DNA from: Eubacteriales bacterium
GTDB taxonomy: Bacteria; Bacillota; Clostridia; Oscillospirales; CAG-382
Direction: 5' to 3'
Length of the DNA: 64,000 bases
NCBI GenBank assembly: GCA_045580005.1
Contig: JAZNMZ010000003.1
Span: 20,469 to 84,468 of the forward strand
The position numbers were made by a program, and so were the translations under genes. Numbering within the stretch: position 1 is the first letter of the stretch; the number at the start of each line of letters is the position of its first letter. Under the pieces are notes generated by a model. The model was not told where the DNA came from and searched no databases. It was given only the letters and a program-made list of their open reading frames with translations. This document shows positions 31,002 to 39,747 of this stretch, in pieces.

Positions 31002-32084
31002 ATGAAAAACACCATAAAAGATATATACAAAAGCCTCGTTCAGATTCCCACTGTCAGCGGATTTGAAAGGCAGAGTGCCGAGAAGATAATTGAGGTCGTG
31101 CGCTCGTATACAGGCTTTTTTGATAGGTTTGAAATAACACACGGCGGCAGCGTTATCTGCTATCACAAGGAGCATCTATCTCCAAAGCTTCTCTTTGATG
31201 CGCATATTGACACTGTCGGATTTATCGTAAAGGAAATACTACCGGGCGGCTTTGTAAAGGTAAAAAGTGTCGGCGGTATCGATACGCGCATTCTTCCCGG
31301 TAAGACAATCGAAATCTACGGGAATCAAACGGTAAAGGGTGTGTTTTTATCCGTCCCCCCACATCTGTCGGGAGGAGAAAACAAGCAAAAAGGCACCTCT
31401 GAAGATCTTTTTGTTGTCGATACCGGCTACACAGATGAGCTCCTGCGCTCGTATGTTCAGGTCGGCACTCCCTGCGGTTTCTGTGAGGAGCCGTATACAC
31501 TTTTTGACGGCAGTCTTTGCGGTAGCGGTATGGACGACAAGATTTGTGCCGCAGCCATTATACTCTGCGCAATGCTGCTTGAGAAAAACAAAAGCTACAG
31601 CGACACCTGCTGTGTTATTGCCACCTTTTCGGCACACGAGGAGTTGTCGGGCGACGGAGCGTATGATATTCACAGAGTCGGCGCTGACGGTGCTATTGTT
31701 CTTGATGTAAACTTCGGCAGAACAAAGCATACCAAAGATAAAGAAAGCTACCCTCTGGGTTCAGGCTGCGGAGTATCATATTCGTCAACCGTAGACAGAA
31801 CTCTCACCGAACAGCTTATCTTTATTGCAAGGGCAGAAAATATCCCGTTGCAGACAATGGTAGAAACAACCGGCACAGGTACAAACGCCCACAATCTGCA
31901 AAAGCTCGGAACGCCCTGTGCTGTGCTTTCTGTTCCAGAAAAATATATGCACACCTACAACGAAACGGTAAACTGCGACGATGTCGTGTCGGCGGCAAGA
32001 CTGCTGTGTGCCCTGGTAAAAAGCTTTCCCGAATATGTGCAAAAGGCAAGCGCAGCTCGCATAGTAAAGGGGGAAGCAAAATGA
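31002..32084 (+). CDS. M42-family (TET/FrvX-like) aminopeptidase, paralog 1
   Basis: VSGFERQ start motif, HIDTVGF, DDKICAA, HEELSGDGA. Confidence 0.8.
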   Translation: MKNTIKDIYKSLVQIPTVSGFERQSAEKIIEVVRSYTGFFDRFEITHGGSVICYHKEHLSPKLLFDAHIDTVGFIVKEILPGGFVKVKSVGGIDTRILPGKTIEIYGNQTVKGVFLSVPPHLSGGENKQKGTSEDLFVVDTGYTDELLRSYVQVGTPCGFCEEPYTLFDGSLCGSGMDDKICAAAIILCAMLLEKNKSYSDTCCVIATFSAHEELSGDGAYDIHRVGADGAIVLDVNFGRTKHTKDKESYPLGSGCGVSYSSTVDRTLTEQLIFIARAENIPLQTMVETTGTGTNAHNLQKLGTPCAVLSVPEKYMHTYNETVNCDDVVSAARLLCALVKSFPEYVQKASAARIVKGEAK

Positions 32085-33115
32085 ATTATGAGCTTTTGAA
32101 AAGGCTGTGTGACGCACACGGCGTGTCGGGATTTGAAAAAGGCGTACACGAGCTTATAATAAAAGAAATATACGACTTTTCCGACGAAATATACTACGAC
32201 AAGGTCGGCAATCTTATTGCCTTTAAAAGGGGCAAAAGCTCTGACAAAAAGATACTCTATTCCTGCCACGCAGATGAGGTTGGCTTTGTTATAAACCACA
32301 TAAACGACGACGGCACTCTGGGGTTTGATGCTATTGGTATGTCGTCAAAGGTCTTTTGCGGCAAAAAGGTGCTTATAGGCAAAAAAAGAATTCCCGGCAT
32401 CATCGCGACAAAGCCCGTCCATCTCATCCCCAAGGACGAGCGCGGCAAGGAGTCTTCTGCCGACGATATGTACATCGACATAGGCGCCACAAAAGAGCAG
32501 GCTCTCTCGCTAGGCGTATATGCCGATTATGCAGTGTTTGATACAAAATACTGCGACTTCGGCGAGAACAAGATTATTGCCAAGGCTATTGATGACAGAT
32601 TTGGCTGTGCTGCTCTGTGTTCTCTTGTAAAAATCACTCCCGAATACGATAGTTATTTTGCCTTTTGTATCGGCGAGGAACTGGGACTTCGCGGCTCATA
32701 CTCTGTTGCAAACGCGATATATCCCGACCTTTGTATAAATGTAGAAGCAACAACAGCAGGAGATATACCCGGAGCCTCGGGGGAGGAAAAGACCTGCTCA
32801 ATGGGCAACGGTCCTGTAATCCCCTTTATGGACGGGGGAACCTCGTATGACAGATCATTGTATAAGACAGCAATCTCTCTTGCAAACGAGCATACTATTC
32901 CCGTGCAGACAAAAACAAAAATCGCAGGAGGTACCGATGCGGCGTCATACCAGCGCACAGGCGGCGGAATACCCACCCTCGGAGTAGCTCTTGCCACAAG
33001 ATATATCCACTCTGGAGCGTGCGTTGCAGACAAGGGCGATATAGAAGCTGCCGAGAAGCTCCTTAATCTTTTATACCAAAACACAGATATGTTTATCGGA
33101 GGAAAAGAAGATTGA
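32081..33115 (+). CDS. M42-family aminopeptidase, paralog 2
   Basis: MNYELLKRLCDAHGVSGFEKG, HADEVGF, DDRFGCAA, GEELGLRG. The ATG overlaps the previous stop (ATGA). Confidence 0.85.
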   Translation: MNYELLKRLCDAHGVSGFEKGVHELIIKEIYDFSDEIYYDKVGNLIAFKRGKSSDKKILYSCHADEVGFVINHINDDGTLGFDAIGMSSKVFCGKKVLIGKKRIPGIIATKPVHLIPKDERGKESSADDMYIDIGATKEQALSLGVYADYAVFDTKYCDFGENKIIAKAIDDRFGCAALCSLVKITPEYDSYFAFCIGEELGLRGSYSVANAIYPDLCINVEATTAGDIPGASGEEKTCSMGNGPVIPFMDGGTSYDRSLYKTAISLANEHTIPVQTKTKIAGGTDAASYQRTGGGIPTLGVALATRYIHSGACVADKGDIEAAEKLLNLLYQNTDMFIGGKED

Positions 33116-34056
33116 AAGATTTGATTAAAAAGCTCGTCCTCACACCCTCCCCGTCGGGCGGAGAGAGCAGGCTGACAGAGCTTATAAAAGACGAAATTTC
33201 CCCTTTTGTTGACAGTGTTTGCACCGACAGTATAGGAAATCTTGTTGCCATAAAAAAGAGCAAAAAAGAGCACGCAAAAGTTCTCGCACTTGTCGCACAC
33301 TGCGACAGGGCAGGCTTTGTCGTAAATTATATAAACGAGAACGGCACACTCAGCGTGCACCCCACAGGCTCTCACAGCAATCTTTCCGACGCCTACTCTA
33401 CGGTGTCTGTATGCGGAACGGACGGAACCTTGATCCGAGGAATTCTTATTCCCAAAAATGAGAGCTCATTTGTCGTTGACATCGGAGCTGATACAAGGGA
33501 AGAAGCAGAAAAGTCGGTCTGCCTCGGTGATTTTGCAGCAGTGACACCAAAGTGGCTTGAATTTTCCGACGACAGAATATGCGCCGACGGTCTTCACAGC
33601 TCGCTCGCGTGCGCGCTGCTTATAGAGCTTGCAAAGGGAATCACCTCTCCGACGCATGATATATACTATATCTTCACAGTACAAAACGGTCTTTCCGGCC
33701 GCGGTGCAAGGCTTGCAGGCGAGAACACAGGGGCAGATTTTGCCGTGATAATCGACAGCATAAACACACAAAACAGAGATTTCTCATGCAAAATCGGCGT
33801 GTCAGACTCTCTGTGTGTATTTTCAAAAGCAGTTACAGACTCTCTTGAGAGTGCGGCAAAGACTGCAGATGTAAAATACTCGCTTGCTGTGACAGAAGAG
33901 AAGACCGATGCGCAGAGCTTTGCACACGCAGGGGCGTGCGCAGGCGCGCTGTTTGTGCCGATAGAAAACTGCGGCACAGGCGGCGAGATATGCAGTATAT
34001 CGGCGGCAGAGGACGCAAAAAAGATACTTCTCGCACTGACAGAGTGTGAGCTTTAA
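33112..34056 (+). CDS. M42-family peptidase-like, paralog 3 (divergent)
   Basis: LVLTPSPSGGESR, HCDRAGF. TTG start overlapping the previous stop (TTGA). Metal-ligand motifs are less well kept. Confidence 0.7.
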   Translation: MKDLIKKLVLTPSPSGGESRLTELIKDEISPFVDSVCTDSIGNLVAIKKSKKEHAKVLALVAHCDRAGFVVNYINENGTLSVHPTGSHSNLSDAYSTVSVCGTDGTLIRGILIPKNESSFVVDIGADTREEAEKSVCLGDFAAVTPKWLEFSDDRICADGLHSSLACALLIELAKGITSPTHDIYYIFTVQNGLSGRGARLAGENTGADFAVIIDSINTQNRDFSCKIGVSDSLCVFSKAVTDSLESAAKTADVKYSLAVTEEKTDAQSFAHAGACAGALFVPIENCGTGGEICSISAAEDAKKILLALTECEL

Positions 34057-34071
34057 CGAAAGGATATAAAA

Positions 34072-35319
34072 ATGGATATGCAAAAATGGCTGAGCTTTGC
34101 AGCCGAGGTTGAAAAAGAGCTTGTAGAAAAAGGAATATATGCAAGAATAGACGATATAGCCTTAAAAAATCAGATAAAGGTAATGAACGCATTCAGAGGT
34201 CATCAGGTATCCGAGTCACACTTCTGCCCCACAACAGGCTACGGCTATGACGACAGAGGCAGGGACACCCTTGATGAGATTGTTGCCGAGGTTTTTGAGG
34301 CAGAGGATGCCTTTTGCCGTCACACGATAATCTCGGGTACGCAGGCATTGTGTATAGGTCTTTTCGGAATACTGCGTATGGGCGACACAATGCTCTCTGT
34401 TACGGGCAAGCCGTATGATACCCTCGAGGAGGTCATCGGTATCAGAGGCGAGGGCAACGGCTCTCTGCGCGATTATGGCGTAAACTACCGACAGATTGAT
34501 ATGGTGGACGGCACTATCAATTTTACTGAAATCAAAGAGGCGCTTGAGAAAGACAAGACAATAAAAATGGTGTTTGTTCAGCGTTCAAAGGGCTATAGCG
34601 TGCGCCCGACTCTGTCTGCAAAAGAAATAGGCGAGATTGCGCAGTTTGCTCACTCTATCCGCCCCGATGTGTATGTTGTGGTTGACAACTGTTACGGCGA
34701 ATTCTGCGACGAGCACGAGCCGACCTACTACGGTGCCGATATGATTATCGGTTCACTTATAAAGAACGCGGGCGGCGGTATGGCAGAAACAGGCGGATAC
34801 ATAGCAGGAACAAAAAAGGCGGTTGAGCTTGCCTCCTACAGACTCACAACTCCCGGCATCGGCAAGGAAGCAGGCGCAAGCCTCGGTCAGACAAAGAATA
34901 TGTACAAGGGTATCTTCTACGCACCGCACACTGTGGCGCAGGCACTCAAGACTGAGGTGTTTGCCGCAAAGGTTTTTGAAAAGCTCGGCTTTGATATATA
35001 CCCTGCAGCAGAAGAGGTAAGACACGATATTATACAGACTGTGACTCTCGGCAGCGAGGAGGGACTTCTCAAATTCTGCGAGGGTATCCAGAGTGGGGCT
35101 CCTGTTGACTCTCATGTTGTGCCCGAGGCGTGGGAAATGCCGGGATACGCCGACAGGGTTGTAATGGCAGCCGGTGCATTTACATCAGGCTCGTCTATCG
35201 AGCTTTCTGCCGACGGCCCGGTAAAGGCTCCGTACACAGCCTATCTCCAGGGCGGTCTTACATACGAGAGCGGCAAGCTCGGCATTCTCTATGCCGCAGC
35301 AAAGGTAACAGAAAAATGA
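34072..35319 (+). CDS. Methionine gamma-lyase-family PLP protein (YnbB / 'aluminium resistance' type)
   Basis: 415 aa. The N-terminus (NQIKVMNAFRGHQVSESHF..TTGYGYDDRGRD) is typical of this family. Confidence 0.8.
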   Translation: MDMQKWLSFAAEVEKELVEKGIYARIDDIALKNQIKVMNAFRGHQVSESHFCPTTGYGYDDRGRDTLDEIVAEVFEAEDAFCRHTIISGTQALCIGLFGILRMGDTMLSVTGKPYDTLEEVIGIRGEGNGSLRDYGVNYRQIDMVDGTINFTEIKEALEKDKTIKMVFVQRSKGYSVRPTLSAKEIGEIAQFAHSIRPDVYVVVDNCYGEFCDEHEPTYYGADMIIGSLIKNAGGGMAETGGYIAGTKKAVELASYRLTTPGIGKEAGASLGQTKNMYKGIFYAPHTVAQALKTEVFAAKVFEKLGFDIYPAAEEVRHDIIQTVTLGSEEGLLKFCEGIQSGAPVDSHVVPEAWEMPGYADRVVMAAGAFTSGSSIELSADGPVKAPYTAYLQGGLTYESGKLGILYAAAKVTEK

Positions 35320-35867
35320 CAAAAACGCGCTGCAGCTGGTGCAATATCAAAAATCCCCTTTATGTAGACTACCACGACAAAGAGTGGGCTCTTCCCGTAT
35401 ACGATGATGAAACTCTCTTTGAATTTTTAATTCTGGAAAGCTTTCAGGCAGGTCTCTCGTGGGAAACTATTCTCAACAAAAGAGAGAGCTTCAGAGATGC
35501 CTTTGACGGCTTTGACGCAAAAAAAATAAGTGAGTACGGGGAGGACAAAGTCCTACAGCTTATGCAAAACAGCTCTATTGTGCGCAACCACCGCAAGATT
35601 GAAGCGAGTGTCAACAATGCAAGGGTTTTTCTGGAAATTAAAAGGGAGTTCGGCACATTCTGCGAGTATATATGGCATTTCACCAATGGAGAAACCATAT
35701 ACGAATCCGACAAGACCTCGTCTGCTCTATCCGACACAGTATCCTATGACCTCAAGAAAAGAGGCATGAGATTTGTCGGCACAACAATTATTTATTCATT
35801 TCTACAGGCAACGGGAATTATCAACTCCCATGAAAAATGTTGCTTTTTGTACAAAAGGAATATATAA
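35316..35867 (+). CDS. tag: DNA-3-methyladenine glycosylase I
   Basis: MTKTRCSWCNIKNPLYVDYHDKEWA...LESFQAGLSWETIL. The ATG overlaps the ynbB-like stop (ATGA). The track's longer start lies inside the upstream gene. Confidence 0.9.
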   Translation: MTKTRCSWCNIKNPLYVDYHDKEWALPVYDDETLFEFLILESFQAGLSWETILNKRESFRDAFDGFDAKKISEYGEDKVLQLMQNSSIVRNHRKIEASVNNARVFLEIKREFGTFCEYIWHFTNGETIYESDKTSSALSDTVSYDLKKRGMRFVGTTIIYSFLQATGIINSHEKCCFLYKRNI

Positions 35868-35880
35868 TCATTTTCCATTG

Positions 35881-35909
35881 TTGACTTTTTGGTAAATATG
35901 TGATACAAT
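35881..35909 (+). promoter_or_regulatory. Near-consensus extended -10 promoter of the dockerin gene
   Basis: TTGACT at 35881-35886, 17-nt spacer ending TG, TACAAT at 35904-35909. Confidence 0.6.
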
Positions 35910-35948
35910 TCATATGTGTATAAAATGTTCAAAGCAGAGGAGACGAGT

Positions 35949-36272
35949 ATGAAAAAGCTTTTGATAAGAATTGGAGCCATTACTCTTTGTGCTATAATTT
36001 TATCTATTCTCAGCCTGTCGGTTTTTGCATACGAGCTTGGTGACAACGATGCAAAAGACGACTGGGACAAGCAGTATGTTTCAGCAGACGCAAACGACGA
36101 TGGCAAGGTTACAACAGCAGACCTTATTCTGGTTCGACAGTATATCACAGGACTTACCAACGAAACAGCACTTAACATAACTGCAGCAGATGTGTCTGGC
36201 GACGGCAGCGTTACAACAGCAGATCTTATTCTTATACGCCAGTATATCGCAGGACTCATCACAGAGTTTTAA
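35949..36272 (+). CDS. Small secreted protein made of a signal peptide plus one type-I dockerin module
   Basis: GAGGAG RBS. Signal MKKLLIRIGAITLCAIILSILSLSVFA. Duplicated Ca-binding segments DANDDGKVTTADLILVRQYI and DVSGDGSVTTADLILIRQYI. Confidence 0.8.
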   Translation: MKKLLIRIGAITLCAIILSILSLSVFAYELGDNDAKDDWDKQYVSADANDDGKVTTADLILVRQYITGLTNETALNITAADVSGDGSVTTADLILIRQYIAGLITEF

Positions 36273-36285
36273 TAGTCAAAAATCA

Positions 36286-36313
36286 AAGACAGACCATAGG
36301 GTCTGTCTTATTT
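36286..36313 (+). terminator. Rho-independent terminator of the dockerin gene
   Basis: AAGACAGACC-atag-GGTCTGTCTT followed by ATTTGTT. Confidence 0.75.
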
Positions 36314-36375
36314 GTTATATTAAAAAATCTGCTATAATCTGTAAAGGCAAGCGTTGCTGTTCTTTTTTGCTTTTT

Positions 36376-36399
36376 GGGGCGACCGATGGTCGCCCCTAC
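36376..36399 (-). repeat. Singleton GTAG-headed GC-rich hairpin (REP-like)
   Basis: The minus strand reads GTAGGGGCGACC-atc-GGTCGCCCC. It has the same head as the 18.7-kb doublet. Confidence 0.55.
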
Positions 36400-36435
36400 A
36401 GAGTGTACTTTTTGCTTATATTATAGAGCAATTCG

Positions 36436-36465
36436 CCAATCAGCCACAAAGAAAAACACCGCCTT
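36436..36465 (-). terminator. Rho-independent terminator after rnpB
   Basis: Minus strand reads AAACACCGC-aaag-GCGGTGTTT followed by TTCTTTG. Confidence 0.7.
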
Positions 36466-36485
36466 TGCGGTGTTTCTTCGTTTAC

Positions 36486-36847
36486 AGCTGTACCAGACCG
36501 TAAGCCGGGTTCTGTCGTGGACGATTATCTATCTTGTTTCTGCGTTGCCGCAGAAATCTATGCCACCCATGGAAATTATGCCGAGCAAGCATCTGAAAAA
36601 ATTCAGCTTCCGGTCGGTGTTGCTTCGGATAGGGTTTACACGGCACAGAGTGTCTCCATTCTGTCGGTGAGCTCTTACCTCGCCTTTTCATCCTTACCGG
36701 ACATAGTCGGGCGGTAATTTTCTGTTGCACTTTCCCTAAGGTCACCCTCGGCGGATGTTATCCGTTATCCTGCTCTGTGAAGCCCGGACTTTCCTCACCC
36801 GGGCTGCTTTCGCGATCCCGGGCGCAATCGTCTGGTCTGGTACAGGG
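36486..36847 (-). ncRNA. rnpB: RNase P RNA (bacterial type A architecture)
   Basis: The minus strand carries GAGGAAAGTCCGGGC (CR-I), AGTGCAACAGAAA, GGTAAGAGCTCACC and CCACGACAGAACCCGGCTTA (CR-V). P1 forms from GTACCAGACC near 36845 and GGTCTGGTAC near 36490. Confidence 0.92.
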
Positions 36848-36860
36848 TATACTTTTTGTA

Positions 36861-39149
36861 TTATTCGCCCGAGGCGGTTATCTTCCCGTCCTTTACGGCG
36901 AATTTTATTTTTGTAAGCTTCTTGTTGTAGTTTGAAATAATAAGCTCGGCTGCCGTGTCCTCAATCTCGGTCTGGATAAATCTCCTGAGATTGCGCGCTC
37001 CGAATTTGCGGCTGTAGGAGTTCTTTGCAAGGTACTCGAGCAACGCCGGAGTGTATTCGATACAGATGCCCTTTTCGGCAACCGCGCTCTTGAGCTCATC
37101 GAGCATAATTCTTGCAATCTCGCGGAAGTTATCCTCAGAAAGCTGATTGAAGATAATAATCTCGTCAATTCTGTTGATAAACTCGGGACGCAAAAAGCTG
37201 TAAAGAGCGTTCTTGATGCGCTCCTCATTCACATCGGCCTCGGTGCCCGAGAAACCTAGAGAGTTCATACCCGTGCTCGAGCCTGCGTTTGTTGTCATTA
37301 CGATAATTGTATTCTCAAAGCTCACCTGCTTGCCGTGGGCGTCTGTTATTCTGCCGTCGTCAAGCACCTGCAAGAGAATGTTGAGCACATCGGGATGAGC
37401 CTTTTCTATCTCGTCAAAGAGCACCACGCTGTACGGTCTGCGGCGTATCTTTTCTGTGAGCTGACCCGCCTCGTCGTAGCCGACATATCCGGGAGGCGCT
37501 CCGACAATTCTCGATACAGAGTGCTTCTCCATAAACTCGGACATATCAAGGCGTATAAGCGCCTCGGGCGAGTCAAAAAGGTCGTTTGCAAGAGTCTTTA
37601 CAAGCTCGGTCTTTCCGACGCCTGTGGGTCCCGCAAAGATAAACGACACAGGCTTGCGCTTTGCGCAAATACCCGCTCTTGAGCGCTTTATCGCACGGGC
37701 AACGGCGTCTACCGCCTTGTCCTGACCAATAATTCTTGATTTCAGTCTTTCGGACAGCTTATCTATTCTCAAAAACTCATTTTCTGTAATATTGCTTGCA
37801 GGAATACCCGTCCATATCTCGATAACCTTGGCAAGGTGCTCGTCGGTAACCGTGATGTTTTTGCAAAGCTCAAGAAGCCTCTCGCACTCCTCGGTGAGTC
37901 TTATCTCTTTTATCTTGAGGTCTGCGAGCTTCTCGTAACGCTCCATGCCGTCGTCCTCGGTATTCTCAAGCTCCTCGCGCGAGCTCTTGGTTTGCTCGAG
38001 CTCTTCTTTTTTCTGCGCGGCAAGATTGATATTCTCATCTCTGAGGGCGACAAACGACGCAGCCTCATCAAGCAAATCTATCGCCTTGTCGGGCAGAAAT
38101 CTGTCTGTGATATATCTTTCGGAGAAAACAACTGTCTTCTCGACAGTGCTGTCGGGAATGATAAGTCCATGGAAAGCTTCGTAATAGTTCTTGATACCCT
38201 TGAGTATCTCTATTGTGTCGGACACCGACGGCTCGTTTATAACTATCGGCTGAAAGCGTCGCTCTAGTGCCGCGTCCTTTTCTATATACTTTCGGTACTC
38301 GGCAAGGGTTGTGGCGCCGATTACCTGAATTTCGCCTCTTGAAAGGGCAGGCTTCAGAATATTTGCGGCATTCATACCGCCCTCGGCGTCGCCTGCCGAT
38401 ACGATAGAATGAATTTCATCTATCACAAGAATAATATTGCCGCTCGACTTTACTTCCTCAATAAGGCCCTTCATGCGGTTTTCAAACTGTCCTCTGAACT
38501 GAGTGCCTGCCACCACAAGAGTCATATCAAGAAGATAAACCTCGCATTTTTTGAGCTTGTGAGGAACACTTCCCTCGGCAATTCTCATAGCGAGCGCCTC
38601 GGCAACCGCTGTCTTTCCGACACCCGGTTCGCCTATGAGGCAGGGGTTGTTCTTCTGTCGGCGTGTCAGAATCTGCAGGACTCTGTCGAGCTCTCTTTCT
38701 CTGCCGATTACCCTGTCAAGTCCTCCCTCGCGCGCCTTGCCTGTGAGATTTATGCAGAAAGCCTCAAGATTTTTGCGCTTTTTATTCTTCTTTTTGTCGC
38801 CCTTTTTGTCGTTTTCTTCGGTGTCACCGCTCTTTTCTTTCTTGGTGCCGCCAAAGATTGCGCCAAAATTCAGCGAGGGTGCACGGCCCTCGGTGTCCTC
38901 ACCGTCATCGTCATACGGCGGCTCGTCAAAAGCCTCAGCATATTGGGAAAACTCATCGGAAAGCTCGTCAAACTGCTCCTCATCAATACCCATTTTGCCC
39001 ATCATTTCGTTTATTTGGTCTGTGTTTATTCCAAGCTCTCTGGCACATTTGAGGCAGTATGCCTCTGTAGAACCGTTGCCCGTTCCGTCAAGCTTCTGTA
39101 CGAACACCACGGCAAGTCTTTTTTTACACCGTGTGCAATAGCGTATCAC
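36861..39149 (-). CDS. ClpA/ClpC-family AAA+ unfoldase with N-terminal zinc-ribbon in place of the Clp_N repeat domain
   Basis: Two AAA modules (GEPGVGKTAVAEALA; GPTGVGKTELVKTLA). LGF tripeptide loop (MNSLGFSG). N-terminus CTRCKKR...CLKCA plus an acidic/basic low-complexity linker. GTG start overlapping the pgsA stop (GTGA). Confidence 0.88.
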   Translation of the reverse strand: MIRYCTRCKKRLAVVFVQKLDGTGNGSTEAYCLKCARELGINTDQINEMMGKMGIDEEQFDELSDEFSQYAEAFDEPPYDDDGEDTEGRAPSLNFGAIFGGTKKEKSGDTEENDKKGDKKKNKKRKNLEAFCINLTGKAREGGLDRVIGRERELDRVLQILTRRQKNNPCLIGEPGVGKTAVAEALAMRIAEGSVPHKLKKCEVYLLDMTLVVAGTQFRGQFENRMKGLIEEVKSSGNIILVIDEIHSIVSAGDAEGGMNAANILKPALSRGEIQVIGATTLAEYRKYIEKDAALERRFQPIVINEPSVSDTIEILKGIKNYYEAFHGLIIPDSTVEKTVVFSERYITDRFLPDKAIDLLDEAASFVALRDENINLAAQKKEELEQTKSSREELENTEDDGMERYEKLADLKIKEIRLTEECERLLELCKNITVTDEHLAKVIEIWTGIPASNITENEFLRIDKLSERLKSRIIGQDKAVDAVARAIKRSRAGICAKRKPVSFIFAGPTGVGKTELVKTLANDLFDSPEALIRLDMSEFMEKHSVSRIVGAPPGYVGYDEAGQLTEKIRRRPYSVVLFDEIEKAHPDVLNILLQVLDDGRITDAHGKQVSFENTIIVMTTNAGSSTGMNSLGFSGTEADVNEERIKNALYSFLRPEFINRIDEIIIFNQLSEDNFREIARIMLDELKSAVAEKGICIEYTPALLEYLAKNSYSRKFGARNLRRFIQTEIEDTAAELIISNYNKKLTKIKFAVKDGKITASGE

Positions 39150-39706
39150 CTGTTGTTGTCCTCCTTAGTTGTACCGTGCACAAATTCGTCAATTATATAT
39201 CTGTAAAAATACGCTGCCAGAGCAATAACAATCGCGCCTGCAACAGCGAGGCTCAGTATATTGAGAGCCGCTCCCGAGAGATTTCCCTCAAACATCAGAA
39301 GAATTGCCGAAAAAGCAAACATACTGAAGCCTGCAAGCTTTCCGGGTATATTTGATTTTACTACCGTCTTTTTTGTTTTATACACAAAAATTGCGCCGAT
39401 TGCCTGTAACAGTCCCACAATCACAAATGTCACCACAAAAAATGCAGGAATCTTCCCCTGTGAAAAAAGGCAGAAAAACACTGTAGCGTATGTAAGCTTG
39501 TCAGCAATCGGGTCAAGAATCCTGCCGAGGCTGCTCTCACACGCGTGTTTTCTGGCTATATAGCCGTCTGCAACATCAGATATTCCCGATATTACAAACA
39601 CTATAAAGCAGGATATATACTTGCTTTTGAGAAATTCGCCTATAAAAACAGGTACAAGCAGAATCCTCAAAAGACTAAGCAGATTAGGGACATCTTTTAG
39701 TTTCAT
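39146..39706 (-). CDS. pgsA: CDP-alcohol phosphatidyltransferase (phosphatidylglycerophosphate synthase-like)
   Basis: Motif DVADGYIARKHACESSLGRILDPIADK (DGx2ARx8Gx3Dx3D). Multi-TM. Confidence 0.85.
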   Translation of the reverse strand: MKLKDVPNLLSLLRILLVPVFIGEFLKSKYISCFIVFVISGISDVADGYIARKHACESSLGRILDPIADKLTYATVFFCLFSQGKIPAFFVVTFVIVGLLQAIGAIFVYKTKKTVVKSNIPGKLAGFSMFAFSAILLMFEGNLSGAALNILSLAVAGAIVIALAAYFYRYIIDEFVHGTTKEDNNR

Positions 39707-39747
39707 AACAAAAAATTACCTCTCAAAATACTCTTAAACCATATAAT

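Noticed and set aside
35130-35315. N-terminal 62-aa extension of the tag ORF given in the track. Similar extensions are given for groEL (16932), thrS (28573), rnpA (58421), cvpA (40533), M42 paralog 2 (32006) and the radical SAM gene (21241).
   Set aside because: The extensions overlap upstream genes or leader structures and lack an RBS. The internal ATGs have Shine-Dalgarno sequences and give N-termini typical of each family.
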